A stretch of DNA of 64,000 nt. Origin: a virus (lineage: Duplodnaviria; Caudoviricetes). The stretch lies in IMG/VR virus record IMGVR_UViG_3300044675_002599, positions 359 to 64,358 of that record; one strand, 5' to 3'. The notes below the pieces were generated by a model that was not told the DNA's origin, did no database searches, and was given only the letters and a program-made list of their open reading frames with translations. Shown here piece after piece: positions 15,700 through 29,100 of this stretch. The translations under genes and the position numbers were made by a program. Each line of letters starts with the position of its first letter. Positions within the stretch are counted from its first letter, which is position 1.

Positions 15700-16281
15700 A
15701 TGGATACAACTAAATTTTTAGATCTGACTAAGTTTGACATTATCGGAGACAGCATTTACGAGATTGAGACCGGCGAATATGCCGGTCCAGTTGACGGCTG
15801 GTTAGGTGAGGAACTTAAAACAGAAGATGACGTTCTTTTAGCTTTACAGCGTTTACTAAAATACGAGACTGAATTAAAGGCAGAACAACTGGCTATGCAA
15901 TCAGTAGTGGAGCGTTACAAGTCCATGGTTAAGGACAAGGAACGCAAAGTGTTGTGGTTACAGGCACGTTATGGCGTACAGATTGCAGACTTTGCCAAGC
16001 AGCAACTAACTGGTAAATCTAAAACATGGAAGTGCCCATGGGGTCAAGTAGCATTTCGCACATCAGCTCCTGCGTTTTCTATACTTAATGAAGAGAAAGC
16101 AGCACAGGTCATCCCGTTGTCGCTTGACGCCATAAAGGTTGAGCATAAAGTATACAAAAGCAAGATACCAAAAGAAGTACAACTCACACTGGTTGAAGAG
16201 TATCCAGAGTTGTTTAGTATGACAGAGGCTTCTGAAAACTTCAGTATCAAAACATTGACAGCAACTGAGGTAGAAGAGTAA
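15700..16281 (+). CDS. Mu Gam-like host-nuclease inhibitor / DNA end-binding protein
   Basis: Coiled coil followed by KSKTWKCPWGQVAFR. GAGGAG RBS. Confidence 0.7.
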   Translation: MDTTKFLDLTKFDIIGDSIYEIETGEYAGPVDGWLGEELKTEDDVLLALQRLLKYETELKAEQLAMQSVVERYKSMVKDKERKVLWLQARYGVQIADFAKQQLTGKSKTWKCPWGQVAFRTSAPAFSILNEEKAAQVIPLSLDAIKVEHKVYKSKIPKEVQLTLVEEYPELFSMTEASENFSIKTLTATEVEE

Positions 16282-16334
16282 GATTGATTGCTCCGTAACT
16301 ATATTCAAACGGAGTCAACAACAACCAAACATAG

Positions 16335-16365
16335 AAGGCCACGAGTTAATACCTCGTGGCCTTTT
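16335..16365 (+). terminator. Intrinsic terminator
   Basis: AAGGCCACGAG-7 nt-CTCGTGGCCTT followed by TT. Confidence 0.75.
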
Positions 16366-16384
16366 GTGGCATAGAAAGAATTAT

Positions 16385-16933
16385 ATGAACGAAGAGATTG
16401 TACGGATTGGAAACTTACCTAGTTCGATTTTAGTTTCAGATGTAGGTATTACATTCCTTAAAGATTTAGAATTTGATGATTGGTACAAGTTAATGCAAAC
16501 ACTGCAAAGACTTGAGACTGCATTTCAATTTGGCATTGGTGACGCATTAAATTATGGGCAAACACAATATGGTGAGAAGTATTCTCAAGCAATGGATGCC
16601 ACTGGATACGCATACCAGTCATTAGCCAACTGGGCATGGGTAAGTGGATCAATACCTCATCACAATCGCGTATCAGGACTTAGCTGGTCACACCACCGTG
16701 TAGTTGCTAAGCTTCCTGTTGATCAACAAAAAGAAATATTACTATCTGCTTACTCACAACAAATGTCTGCCAGTGATATAGTTGCAGTCCTGACTGGTGA
16801 TGTAGAACCACAGAAAAGAGTGACTGTTAAAGTCCCCGACGGAATGACAGCCGATGAGGCAAGCGAGATATTAACTAAGTCAGCATCAAATAAAAAAGAA
16901 GACGTATGTGCGTCATGCCCATATAGGAAATAA
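16385..16933 (+). CDS. LmbU-like DNA-binding protein
   Basis: IGDALNYGQTQYGEKYSQAMDATGYAYQSLANWAWVS...LSWSHHRVVA. Confidence 0.75.
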   Translation: MNEEIVRIGNLPSSILVSDVGITFLKDLEFDDWYKLMQTLQRLETAFQFGIGDALNYGQTQYGEKYSQAMDATGYAYQSLANWAWVSGSIPHHNRVSGLSWSHHRVVAKLPVDQQKEILLSAYSQQMSASDIVAVLTGDVEPQKRVTVKVPDGMTADEASEILTKSASNKKEDVCASCPYRK

Positions 16934-16935
16934 CA

Positions 16936-17649
16936 ATGATAACAGTGTTCAACGGAAAGTCATTTGGCTTATCCGGTGAAAAAGCATCTGGGTTTGTACA
17001 GATAGATAGATTACTTGTAGACCATATAACTAACTTTACTCCATCAGGGTTTGTCGTTTTTATGGTTATCGTAATGCATGTAGACAATGATGGTTATTGT
17101 TGGCCTAGCATCAAGAGACTTACTGAATGCACCGGGCTTTCAGAAGCAACTGTTAGAAATGCATTGCATTATCTGACTGGGATGAAGATTAACGATAAAC
17201 GATTATTGGAAGTCAATTCTAGAACTTCTTCCAATGGGAGAACAACAAGTAATGGCTATAAGTTATTTCCAGATTCAATTGATCATGATCCTGAAACAAA
17301 GGTTAGTTCAGTCAAGCAAGAGAAGAAGGAACTCGTAAAGGAAGATGATCCAGCGTTCTTGTTATACAAAGCATTTAAACTTGCGCGGTGGGGGATAGTG
17401 TCTGAGTCAGCAATTACCGACAAGGAATGGAAAGATGTTCGGTTAATAATCTGGCAGATGCACAAGGCTGGTGTAACAGAAGACAGCGTCATTGAGCGCG
17501 TGAACACACTCAAGGGTAAGTGGACAAACCAAGAGATGATCACGGTTCGCTCTTTGTGGAAGCATTGGGAAACACACGCGGCATCAACGTATGGTAAGCC
17601 TAAGACAGGCGTAAAGATAGAGGACTGGTTCAATGACAGCAACGGATAA
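16936..17649 (+). CDS. Replication initiator with winged HTH
   Basis: GYCWPSIKRLTECTGLSEATVRNALHYL...SNGYKL. Upstream of loader and DnaB. Confidence 0.8.
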   Translation: MITVFNGKSFGLSGEKASGFVQIDRLLVDHITNFTPSGFVVFMVIVMHVDNDGYCWPSIKRLTECTGLSEATVRNALHYLTGMKINDKRLLEVNSRTSSNGRTTSNGYKLFPDSIDHDPETKVSSVKQEKKELVKEDDPAFLLYKAFKLARWGIVSESAITDKEWKDVRLIIWQMHKAGVTEDSVIERVNTLKGKWTNQEMITVRSLWKHWETHAASTYGKPKTGVKIEDWFNDSNG

Positions 17650-18070
17650 ATTACTGGCGATTCTTTCGCAACTACCTAGTTCTATTACATGGAACGATAC
17701 AAGTGAGACTGTATACAGAGTAGCAATCAATGGTCTCAACGATGAAGACATTAAAGGTGGAGCACTACGGCTTCTTACACGTAGTAAGTTTCGTCCTACT
17801 CCATCAGAAGTGTTGCTCAGCGTGGCCATTGAGAAGTTTGGTGATGCTCAACCACATATTGTTACGTATGACATCGGTGAGGGGTTGAGGTTAGGGGTAC
17901 CTGCTGACAAGCTGCATCCTACAGTTAGACTCGTTCTAAGAAAGACTGGAGGCTATCAAGCATGGAGAGTAGAACCACCTATCAAAGGGCAATCGCTACA
18001 AGAAGTAATTAATGAAGTACACATCGTTAGGCTAACGGAATACATGAATGAGCAAAGAACAAAATCTTAG
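17633..18070 (+). CDS. Putative helicase loader / loader-inhibitor-like protein
   Basis: SKFRPTPSEV motif. Position between initiator and DnaB. Confidence 0.55.
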   Translation: MTATDKLLAILSQLPSSITWNDTSETVYRVAINGLNDEDIKGGALRLLTRSKFRPTPSEVLLSVAIEKFGDAQPHIVTYDIGEGLRLGVPADKLHPTVRLVLRKTGGYQAWRVEPPIKGQSLQEVINEVHIVRLTEYMNEQRTKS

Positions 18071-19433
18071 AAGCATTGGCTTCAACATTGAAATACCTTC
18101 AGATGTTATGAGTGAGCAATCACTTATAGCATCTGTTCTTCTTGGTGGAAAGAAGTTATTCAAGAGTCTTTCGCACATCAACAAAGGTATGTTCTACAGG
18201 GTCTCACACAGCCTCATATGGGATGCATATGTTGCAATCGATGCAGCTGGTCAAGACATTGATATCGTCACGGTAAATGAAGAACTAACAAAGCATAATG
18301 CGCTAGAGGCTTGTGGTGGACTTGGCTACATCATGCAGTGTGCGGAGTTACTACCAAGTACATCTAACTACGAGAGTTATGTCAAGTTAGTAGTCGAGTA
18401 TCATCGACGGAGAGAAATAATATTCTCATCAGAGTTAGCAAGCAAGAAGGCCTCGCTTGGAGATGATGATGTTGATTCGATCATCGCTGATTTAAATAAA
18501 TCTGTTTCGTATACCAATTCCGGAAACACATCTGAAGATTTATCTAAATTAATGTGGGACACAACAACTGAAGCATTAGAAAGAGACGTTGACAAAACAG
18601 ACTTTTCTGTACATTCTGGTTACAATGAAATAGATTTGATTACAGGAGGCTGGCGGAACGGAGAATTGATTATTTTAGGTGGTCGTCCATCTATGGGTAA
18701 ATCAAGTTTGGGGTTGCAGTATGCATGGAACGCAGCACGATTCATGCGGACGCTAGAACAAAAGACAGGAGTACTAATCATCAGCGCGGAAATGTCAAAG
18801 GACATGGTAACTGCACGTATGCTCTCAATCTACAGTGAAGTGGATAGTCAAGTTATACAGACAAAGAAACTGAATAACTATCAGAAGGATAAGCTACAAG
18901 GTGTAGCTCAGGAGGCTAGGACACTTCATGTTAGGATTATCGCAGATAAGACTGTCACCCTTGGAGGAATCAGAGATGCCATCAGGGACGCACAAAAATC
19001 TTTTCATGTTGGCTTGGTGGTTGTTGATTACTTACAGATGATTGCCATGCCAGCGTCATATAAGTCAGAGAATCGCACACGTGATATTGGCGTGATCAGT
19101 CGAGGGCTAAAAGATATTGCCCGTGAATACAAGTGTCCCGTCATTGCACTATCGAGCCTGTCTAGGGCAGTAGAGCAGCGACAGGACAAGCGCCCGATGA
19201 TGTCAGATCTAAGGGAGTCAGGAGATATTGAATCAGATGCGGACGTCATACAGTTTATTTACAGGGCTGGTTATTATGAGCAAAAGCAATCTGGTGATGA
19301 AGAACAAGAGGCTGACAAAGCAGAGGTTATAACAGCCAAAAATAGAAATGGAAAGACAGGGGTCTCATTGCTACAGTTTGAACCCCGGTACGCAAAGTTT
19401 ACAGAGTTTCAATCAGGTGGATTTTTTCTTTAG
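18048..19433 (+). CDS. dnaB: Replicative DNA helicase
   Basis: GGRPSMGKS Walker A, VVDYLQ, LSSLSRAVEQRQDKRPMMSDLRESGDIESDAD, AKNRNG. Confidence 0.97.
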   Translation: MSKEQNLRSIGFNIEIPSDVMSEQSLIASVLLGGKKLFKSLSHINKGMFYRVSHSLIWDAYVAIDAAGQDIDIVTVNEELTKHNALEACGGLGYIMQCAELLPSTSNYESYVKLVVEYHRRREIIFSSELASKKASLGDDDVDSIIADLNKSVSYTNSGNTSEDLSKLMWDTTTEALERDVDKTDFSVHSGYNEIDLITGGWRNGELIILGGRPSMGKSSLGLQYAWNAARFMRTLEQKTGVLIISAEMSKDMVTARMLSIYSEVDSQVIQTKKLNNYQKDKLQGVAQEARTLHVRIIADKTVTLGGIRDAIRDAQKSFHVGLVVVDYLQMIAMPASYKSENRTRDIGVISRGLKDIAREYKCPVIALSSLSRAVEQRQDKRPMMSDLRESGDIESDADVIQFIYRAGYYEQKQSGDEEQEADKAEVITAKNRNGKTGVSLLQFEPRYAKFTEFQSGGFFL

Positions 19434-20189
19434 ATAAACTTTCTTCTGATCGCTGTTTACCACGCAGTCATATCCTAAACTCCGTGAGATATCTCTTACA
19501 CCACAGTAGGACTTATTCTCACGGAGTACACACTGAATACCAAGCGGTGACCCATTTAGTTCAGGTCCATCATTCCAAGTTAAAGAACTATCATCTCCTA
19601 GAACAAGCTTAACCATTTCACGCACTGGAGCGTATGTTTTGCCATGTTCGTTTACGGCAATGATATGTTTATCCCCAAGAACAATCTTCCAATCTTGTTC
19701 CTGCACAATGAGGTGCCACGGATTGATAAAGTAAATATTCTTGGCATTCCTGCCAGCACGTACATTTTGACGTTCGGCAACCATATATCCATTACGACTT
19801 CCGTCGTTGTTACTATTCCCCTCAACTGAAACAAGCAATCCCGATTCTGAATACTTTGTTACGATACCAATGTGATACGCATCGTCGCCATTCACCAGTA
19901 ACACTAAGTCTCCCGGACTACCTTGCTGAGACAAACAGTTGTTCTTCCTAGCCAATGACAACCAGACATCGCAGTCTGCGCTGAAACATAATGGCCAAAC
20001 ATCCCCACTTTTATCTTCCCATTCCATCGCAACACCACTAACAAAAGACGCACACCAAAAACTACCTAACGGTGCGTGTACATTTGTATTCCATCTATCA
20101 ATGAGTACTCCCCTGTTGCTTCCCACTGGCTGTTCAGATACGCCGATGTATTTTTCAGCTATGGAAATAAATAATTCCTTATTACTCAT
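19413..20189 (-). CDS. Endolysin: CHAP domain plus copper-amine-oxidase-N-like C-terminal domain
   Basis: WCASFV, HIGIV, VEGNS. C-terminal GKTYAPVRE / YCGVRDISRSLGY repeats. Confidence 0.8.
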   Translation of the reverse strand: MSNKELFISIAEKYIGVSEQPVGSNRGVLIDRWNTNVHAPLGSFWCASFVSGVAMEWEDKSGDVWPLCFSADCDVWLSLARKNNCLSQQGSPGDLVLLVNGDDAYHIGIVTKYSESGLLVSVEGNSNNDGSRNGYMVAERQNVRAGRNAKNIYFINPWHLIVQEQDWKIVLGDKHIIAVNEHGKTYAPVREMVKLVLGDDSSLTWNDGPELNGSPLGIQCVLRENKSYCGVRDISRSLGYDCVVNSDQKKVYLKKKST

Positions 20190-23100
20190 ACGAACCACCT
20201 CCTCTGCTTCTTCGTCTTAGTGCTCTCTCTTCCATTTTTTCAAGCAATTCATCTGCTTGGCGCCGTGTCTCTTCGCCAGCATCTTCTTCTGATTCACCAA
20301 GTAGCGGTGGCATAGGCACCTTTTTCTGTATATTCTTAGCTACTGATTCTGCATATGCCTTTTTATCAATCTTAGACATGGCAGCCGTAGTTCGCGATGG
20401 ATATCCATACATAACACTAATGGGGTTATCGGGAGCGCTATCAGGAATTCCTTGCAATAAAGACTTAACACCAAATCGGTTAACAACGTCAGCTGCATTT
20501 GGATATTGTTGTTGTTCCTTGATTCCGTAGAACAACCCATCAATTCTCTTATTTTTAATAATGTCTTTTACTGCAAAATTGCTATACCGTGAATTGACTC
20601 CTAATATTTTTAAATACAAAGACCACTTCATGGCATCAGATAATTCAGTATCTCCCTTGCCCTTAGTGTCAGCGTCGTAAAGAGCAATGTCGTTAAGCAG
20701 TGATTGATACTGCACGTTAGTCATTGTGAGTGCTAACTCAGAAGCGTGTTCACCTAACGTTGTTCTATAAGCAGCATCCATTAAAGTAGTCGGACCAAAT
20801 GGTACTTTGATGCGACCTTCTCTCAAGACGTCATATCCTTTACTCTGCTGCATTGCTGCAGATTTCAAGTATGTCTTACCTGTAGCTGCTGTCTTAACTG
20901 TAGATACAAGCGATGTCAATCTAGACCAAAACAAAGCCTTGGCTACTTCGTCAAAGTAAATTTTCAATGCATCTTGCGTATTACTTGCGTTAGCAGTCCG
21001 TTGAAATGGTGCAACTAAAGATCTATTAAAGAATGTAGATGACTGAGGTAAATCATACGCAATGCTATTAAATAATCTAACACCACCATATTCTTTAGTA
21101 AACGGAATCATGCCAGTCCATACGCCCGGCGCTGGCTTTACATTTGCAAACTTACTATGATTCCATCCAAAAATAGTTGCAAAATCATACCAGTCTGTTG
21201 GAGAGTCAGCCTTGTTTAAAAATCGCCTGTTATCAATATACTGACTCATCATGTTAGATATAAGTCCAAGCAATGTAGTTTGCATTGCCATGCTCCCTAC
21301 CACTTTAGCAGTTTGCACCCATGCATCAGGACCCATAGAGAAGAATCGTTTCTCTGCTTGATTATCAACCCATCCGTCACCAATTCCTAATGGGTCAGAG
21401 TATTTATTAACTCCCATGATTAACTTGTTTGCGGTAGCCTTGAGTCCCATGCTTATAAATGCAGGTAATAAACTTTGCATCGCTTGTGACTTATGCCATT
21501 GAGGTGCACTCATTGCAGTTCTGCCAAAGTCCAATATCCCCTTGACTACTGGCTTTAATGCTGGGTCAGATCCAGATGGCGCACCAGTCATTGCATTAAT
21601 ATGCGTAGACATATCTTGTTTCATCTTCATCTTCTTGTATGGACTTAACAGAATGTTGCTATCTACCTTGGCTGCATATTCTAACCAAGTTTTAATACGC
21701 AGGATGTCAGTTGATAATGAGTTACCTCTTTCAATAGGATTAGCTAATGGAAGTAACTTAGTTAAAACTCCAGATCCAAATGTTTCAGAGGTAGTGTTTT
21801 GAATAGCATAATCATAAATATCTGTACCATTTAACATCGCTAATTCAGTAGCCTGTGAATACCATTCGCCGTAATCGGTAACCAATCCAGTCTGAGTAAG
21901 GTCATCGATAGTGTAGGCTCTACCACTTCCCGGATTACCAAATCCAAAGACTTCAGTCTTAGGGCCAAATGGAAGTATTCCTAGCCTAATGTTATTTCCC
22001 GGCGTTCCATATCTGCTAAATAATCCTTGAACAACATTGTGATATGCCTTATCCCCAAAGGCTCCAAGCTTGCGGTGCCCAGCAATAGCTCCTATTAATT
22101 TACCGGCAAACCCTTTACCTGTTGTAGCCGTAGAACCAAATGGTAAGTTTGGAGCCATCGCTGCAATGCCATAGAACTGCATCAAAGCATTCTTTGGATT
22201 CATAGATGTAAGTGCATAGTTCTGAATAAACGTACGGCCAAAGTCATAGTTTAAGACCATAGCCTTTGCAATACTGGTCAGCTCAACCCATACAGAAGAA
22301 AGGGCACTTGACACGGCCTTCCCTCGCTTAGTTTTAAACCAAGGAGTTTTAGTCATTTGACCCGGAGCAAGTTTAGTAACACTTGATGTCGGCGTTGGCC
22401 CACTTGGGCTAGGACTAATAGAGCTACTAAACAATGCAGCCGATGTTTCTTCGTAAATCCTTGATGGAATAGATACGTATAACGTATCACCCTTAACTTG
22501 AACAGAAGAAACTGTCCCTGATAACGAGTCGTCGTTATGGATGACAAGATTCTTTGGCTCAGAAGGTACAGTTCCAACTTCACGTAGGAATCTAGTTACT
22601 TGTAATTCGTTATACGCTCTAACCGCTATTGGATCATCAGCAAGATGTTCAGGTATATCAAATCCCGGATACATTGCCTTCTTATAGTTGTCTGGCATAA
22701 TCTCTTCAACGTCAATTGAATCGTTGCCAGCAGACATCCAAGTGCTATTCTCATTAGATTTAACTACCGCAGTATTGACTTCTTTGTAAACACTTCCATT
22801 TTCAGCTTCAAAGAATGCTTCACGAATAGTGGTTAACGATTTTGATTTTTCCATCCAGTCCTGTAAATCACTTGCATCTTCAATACCACGCATTATTTCT
22901 TGAGATGTCAAGAGTTTTGCAATGTGTACTTGCATTGGAACAAGCTTCTTATTACCCACAGAATCGCGTTGCTTAGAATCCAAGATGTCATTCTTGAATA
23001 CAGTATCAATTAACAATCGTGGGTTCTGGCTGGCAATGTCCTGATTATTTGACCCGTCCTCATTTACCGACTTGTATGGATTTGATAATTCCGTAGCCGT

Positions 23101-26100
23101 AAATGAAATACCAGACTCAGTTGTAATGCCCATCTTCTCGCCAAACTTTGTGTCACCCATCGACTGTGTACGCCTAACGGCTGCTACTTGATAGAATCTA
23201 AGGCCAGATGTTTGGTCTGCTAATTCATTGTTGGCAATCAAGTCTGTAATAGACATTGGCCTAGCAATCACAATAGATTTGTTTGTAGATAATTCACTAC
23301 GCTCAGAACCTGACAATATACTCAACATTTGATCTTGAGTTATATCTTGAACGACTTCACCATTAGCTTTTTTGCGTGGTGTGTCACGAGCTTCAGTGCT
23401 ATACAACGGCATTCTGTCTGCTAGATAATCTCTGTCTACCCACGTGCCTGTGAACGGATCACGTGACACTGAAACTACTGAGTTATCGTTTAAGGACACA
23501 CGGAATGATGCGCCTGATTCATTCTGGATGATCACATTATTCTTTTGTGAAAATGAATCACCTATCAATTTAAAGTTCTGCCAGTTATATAACGCGCGGC
23601 CAACTTCTCTTGATTGAAGATCACTTAGCAACGCCACGGCTTGTACTTCTGTAAATGCACGAGCGCGTACATTTAAATCTTCAGACTGCAGCCTTTGCAA
23701 GAAGTCTTTTTGTTGGGATGGTTTAGAATACACATGCTTGAACAGTAAGTTCATCACGTGTCCAGCAGCCACACTAGTAGCGCCTTGATCCAAACGGTTG
23801 TTTGACGTGATATCCAACCCGCGATTTATGTTTAATATCGTGTCGTTGTAAACTTGGTCAAATTCGTTACTTTGATCAATAAGTCTTTCACCACCAACGT
23901 CAGCAACGTTTCCGTCATTTATGTGCAACAACCCGCTACTAAACATTGTGCTAAGAGGTGACAAGATATTTATAGATTCACCATCAACATCAATGTCAAA
24001 GTATGACGCAGCGTCCTGTGTGATTGAATCGGTTGCCAAGATATCACTGATTGACTCAAGTGACATGCCTTTGTTTTCACCCGTAGGATCAAAGTTATTC
24101 ATCACATCATAGATGCGCTTGAACACTTGCTTGGCATATAGAAGGCTAGCTCCTTCATTACCTGCATCAGGAGATGTTTCAATTAATGTTTGATGAAACG
24201 CTCGTAATGCACGAGCTTCACGCGAATCTTTACCAACTAATACAACTGGTGCATCTGATGAAAGTCTACGTACTGAATTTAAAGCGTTCTCGTTATGTCG
24301 ATATAAACCTGCATTAGAAATAAATCCAGATACATCCACAAGAGCGTCGTTAATGCGACCAATAAATGCTTCACCGTCTTCTGTCAAATAACCAATGTCT
24401 GTGAAATAATCATTATTTTGCTTCATGATATTCCACATAGTGTTTTTAAATACACGGCTACCTGCAGAAATGCGAGCACCATAATCAATGCCGGATGCAT
24501 TAACAACACGCTGTTGTTCACTGCCCATGTATGCGCCAAGTCTTGTTGCTAAATCAAGTTGTGGGTCTAGAGAATAGTTACGTGCATACTTATTACTTAC
24601 ACCTAACGACAACTGTTGTTCAAGCGCCTGTTGATCCCTAAATCGCAAATTACCTCTTAAGTTATATTGGGCTAAGCTAAACTTTCTATTCATGTTGTAA
24701 ATCAAGTTAGAGAATTTAGCGTCATAACCGCCAGTGTTACCCATCATTTTAGCTTGCATGGATTGATTGGCTAATGCTGTTTGACCAAGAACAAACTTGC
24801 CGTTAACCTTTCGTTGCTTCCATGTAAATCCATCTGATGTAGGTTCTTTGTAGTGAATAACCATTGGTGATTCAGCTACGTATGCATAATCTTCTGTTAC
24901 AGCAGTTTGATAATTTGCACCACGTTGATCAGCCGTTTCAGATCCAGCAGTCTGATAAGCACGTGGAGTAAACCAGTTATCACCTTCAATAGAAGACTTA
25001 ACCCACCAGTAGTACTTATTCCTATTGACTGGATCTTGAGTTCTAAATGCAGCGACAAAACCAGCAGCCTCAACATCGGCCAAGTTTTCGAAACGAGTCT
25101 TTACAATCATCCCAACAACTTGTCCATTGAATGTGTTCGTTGCGGCGTTAGTACCCGGATCTCTACTGGCTGATGAGGCACTTGCTTGTGGTGCTATAAA
25201 TCCTTCTAACTTACCTGAACTAATATCTGCAAGAATGGCTGCTCCCTGTGCATCATCTACAGGTAAGAACGTATCTCTTTTGTACGTTCCAGATGTGTAT
25301 TCAACAGGATAACCATAACCCATATGCGCAGGATTAGCAGTTGAATTGAATGCTGGGTCAACCATTCCTCCAGCAAGACTATCTGGACCAAAATACAATC
25401 CACCAACTTGACGCGCCATCTGTGGAGTAACGCTAAACCTAATGAAGTCGTTTCTTCTCATGCTAATAAATGGACGAGTAGTACGTTCTTTGTTGTAAGC
25501 CTTTTTACTACCAACCTTTGGTGCTGGTGTTGTTGTTGTGTATGAGATAACAGGCAGGTCACTAATCCAGACTGTTCTTGGTGCTCCATTAATACTTACA
25601 AAGTCAGTTGGATTACTCTTCATAATCTGTCGAGCAAAAGCATTTAATGGACCAGAGACCTGTTCCATAACAGACATCATGTCGTAATCAATAGACGCAG
25701 CATCATTGTCTGAAATAACAAAGTCATTGCGCAGCGCAAAGTTTAATATTCCAGTAACACCCATTTCATGACCAGCGGTATGCCATCTGTCAGAATAGTT
25801 AATTAGTCTAGGATCAGTCTTCCATGCATCTTGCAGCGTTGTAAAGGTGTTGTTTTCAACTGCTTTCTTTACTGCTTGAATCTGTGCCCTCATTACTGCG
25901 TATGGATTATCATCTAAAGTGAACACAGACTTATTCAACGGATCGATGATTGTCCCAGACATATTGTCAGGAAACAAAGTCTCCATAAACTTAGTTTGAA
26001 GGACAGGATCTAGACTGTCAATCAACACGTGACTAACCTCATGGGCTAATGTAAACGCACTGCGGTATCCGTTTGACGAACCTTTTCCAATAGCCACTAA

Positions 26101-29100
26101 ATTCATAAGGGCTTCGTCTCTACGAATTTTTGTCATATATCCATAAAGTGTTTGACCATCAGGTGTTACGTCACCTATTTTAGTACCAGCTGTTTTAAGC
26201 CAAGCCCAATCAGTAAAGTGAGTCTGCGCAATATTCTGGTAAAAGTCCTTCTTGTGTCGTGCTGTTTGGTAAACCATAGTGAATCGGACTTGTTTATCAG
26301 TAAGTACTCCATCGGACTTCAACTTGTTGAGTGCCTCTCCAACAGACATCCTCTTTGCCATTGAGCGGAACTCATTAACAATCGTGTCACTACCAGTAAC
26401 TCGGCTAATAATGTCAGCGTAAGATGCAACAGTTCCTTCTGATGCATATGTCAATTCCCTATTAATAGTCCGTGTCGCATGACCATAAGCAAACATGTCA
26501 TACATGTCTGCTAACCCAGCTGCTAACGACCTAGCTGCGTCGACATCTTTTTGTAACCTAATTGCTTTTTGTGAATCACCTTGTATAGATCCTGAAGCAC
26601 GTTCTGCATAAAGCGCCTCGATTTTATTCAAGACTCTAATGTCTTCTTCGCGTAATCCTGATTTGTCTATATTGGAATAAGAGTCCCGCATGAATGCAGC
26701 TACCTTAACGTCTACGGCATTCATATCCACAGGAACTACGTACAAGGATGAGGAACCATATCGCGACGCGACCGAACCAGTTGTTGTCATTAGTGCTGGT
26801 CTATTGTCTACGGCGCTTTTGAATTCGACTGAATCACTTCTTGACTTATCGCCAAGTACTGCATGCGCTATACCAATTCGGTATGCATGATTCTCACTGG
26901 GTTTCGTTAAATCAATATCAGTATGACCAGCACGAGGGATTAATAAATTAACAGCATCAGATGGCTTAAAGTTAATCCTGCTACCCTCAGTTACAAAATA
27001 GTTAATAACATCTGCAACATTTCGGATTTCAGAACTCCTGAACATGTCGTTTAAAAACTTACGCGATACAGCAACACGTTCTTGGCGAGGCATAGTAGCA
27101 GGTAAGTACTGAACGATCTTAGGTATCCAGTTATTTAAAATAGTTCCTTTGACTGCATCGGTAACATCAATCTTTGATGGATCTGCATCCATCTTCATCA
27201 TATTTAAAACGTCTAATCCATTGATCGCGCTTTTAATTTCCGATCTATGTGACCCAACCTCGGTTCCACCAAGTGTTTCAATGTATTCAGATCCACGCCC
27301 ACTGAACGAATTGCGTAAAATGCCTTCGAATATTTCTTGTACGCCAGCTCTGTTGTGACCAACAAATGTTTTTACTAATACAGTTCCAGAGCCAAGATTG
27401 TTCTCAGATTGCAGATTAGTAGATTCATCCATGTTGAATGCATCCTGTATAAGCAAAGGCGCATCCGACACAAATGCTTTTAGATCTTCTTCAATTTCAA
27501 CTGGCTTTATTTGTACAACATCTTCGTCTGTTACATCGATATTACGTATAGGGGATTCAGAGTTATCCGCTTCAATACCACCTAGTTGTGACGCAACATC
27601 CGGTCTTAACTCTTTTGAGTCAGCAGATAATCCTTGCAATGTAATTCTGCCTGATGCATCTACATTGACTGGTTCAGTTAAAAACTCAGCAGTCTCCGCT
27701 ACTCTTGCCCTTGCAGCAGCATTAGACCCTTCCATGGTCGCGGCAGTTGTTGCCATTTGCACGGAAATAGATTTCCATTGAGTCTTAAATTCAGAATTAG
27801 TTCTGTATAAATCAGTTACACCAGTGGACAGAATGTTTTGCAAATAATTAAACACTTGTTCATCGACATCGTAAATGGATTTAAACATTCCACCTAAATC
27901 AAATGCGGATGCTTCTCTCAATAAAGCATTTACATCTTTACTAAAAACACCCAGTAGTCCGGATTCCTCTTGAGCTTCGTCGAGTGCTTCACTTTCAAAT
28001 GCACCAGATTCAAATAATGCCTTTATGTCTTCCAATTTAGAGACTAATGCCAAATTGTTTTCTTGTCTAGCCTTTGCAATTTGCTCGTCAATATTTTCAA
28101 TGTGTTCTTCAGTATCAGCTAATGTGTCTTGTAACCGCACTGTACGTCTTGTAAATTCATTTGTATTTAAGGTTGTGCCTGAATCATCAATCAACCCTAA
28201 CCCTTGTGTTGGCACAGACGCTACGGTTCTGCCTTTTACGGTTTCTCGTGCAAGCTTTCCGGATTCAGTATAAAAAGACTTAGCTTCTCCATAAGAATTA
28301 ACAGCACTGTTAATTAACACCTCCAGCCTGTTTATGAATTTTTTAACTAATGCCAATTCACCGATGTCAGTTGTTGTTCCGTCATCAGGTGTTAGATCAT
28401 TTAATGCGTCGTTAATTTTTTCAAGTGTTTTAACTAAACCCATACGCTGATTAGCAAAATCATTGAAGACCTCACTGCGTATTCTGGAAATTTCCGCACC
28501 AGCACTTTTTAATTGCTCGTCTTTACCAATAGCGTCTTTATCCATTGCCTTTGCTTGTGCATAAGCTAATTTAGCTGCAACCATATCAGGCCTTGATGAC
28601 AGGTACTCTAAGAATGCTGTTTTCTGTCCAGCGACATCCTTCGTTACCTGCTTAATGGCTTGATGGATTGCCTCGACATTCGTGTTGCGCATACCTGCCA
28701 TTAACTCATCAGCCGGAATACCCATTGCGTCTGCAAGTAATTGCATCGATCGTGTCGTTACATGATCGTCAATTTCTTTCTCAATAGACTTTGTTTCACC
28801 AGTTGTTTCTGTAATAGAAGTTGTCTTACCAGTGGCATCTGTTGTTGCTTCGTAATTAATTTTTTGAGCAGGATTTAATTCATCAACTTGCTGTAACAAG
28901 TCTTTGATCGAGTCAATGTATTTTCCCTTTGTTTCAGCGTCAACATCAGAGCTGTTAATTGTTTGAATAACCATCTGCCGATTTGCCTCGGAAGAAGAAA
29001 TCATATTTAAAAATGCCAATGTGTTTGTGCCATCTGGAGTTCCATCTTCCCCATAAGACATAAATGTTCCATCTTTTAATTTAGCGTTAGTCTCTGTCCT

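Noticed and set aside
23975-24005. YFDIDVDGE in the giant protein (and DFDRD in the 1635-aa protein) as an RNA polymerase DxDxD catalytic loop
   Set aside because: Neither matches DFDGD or DFDID with the expected flanking residues. Acidic triplets occur by chance in proteins this long. Needs structure prediction.
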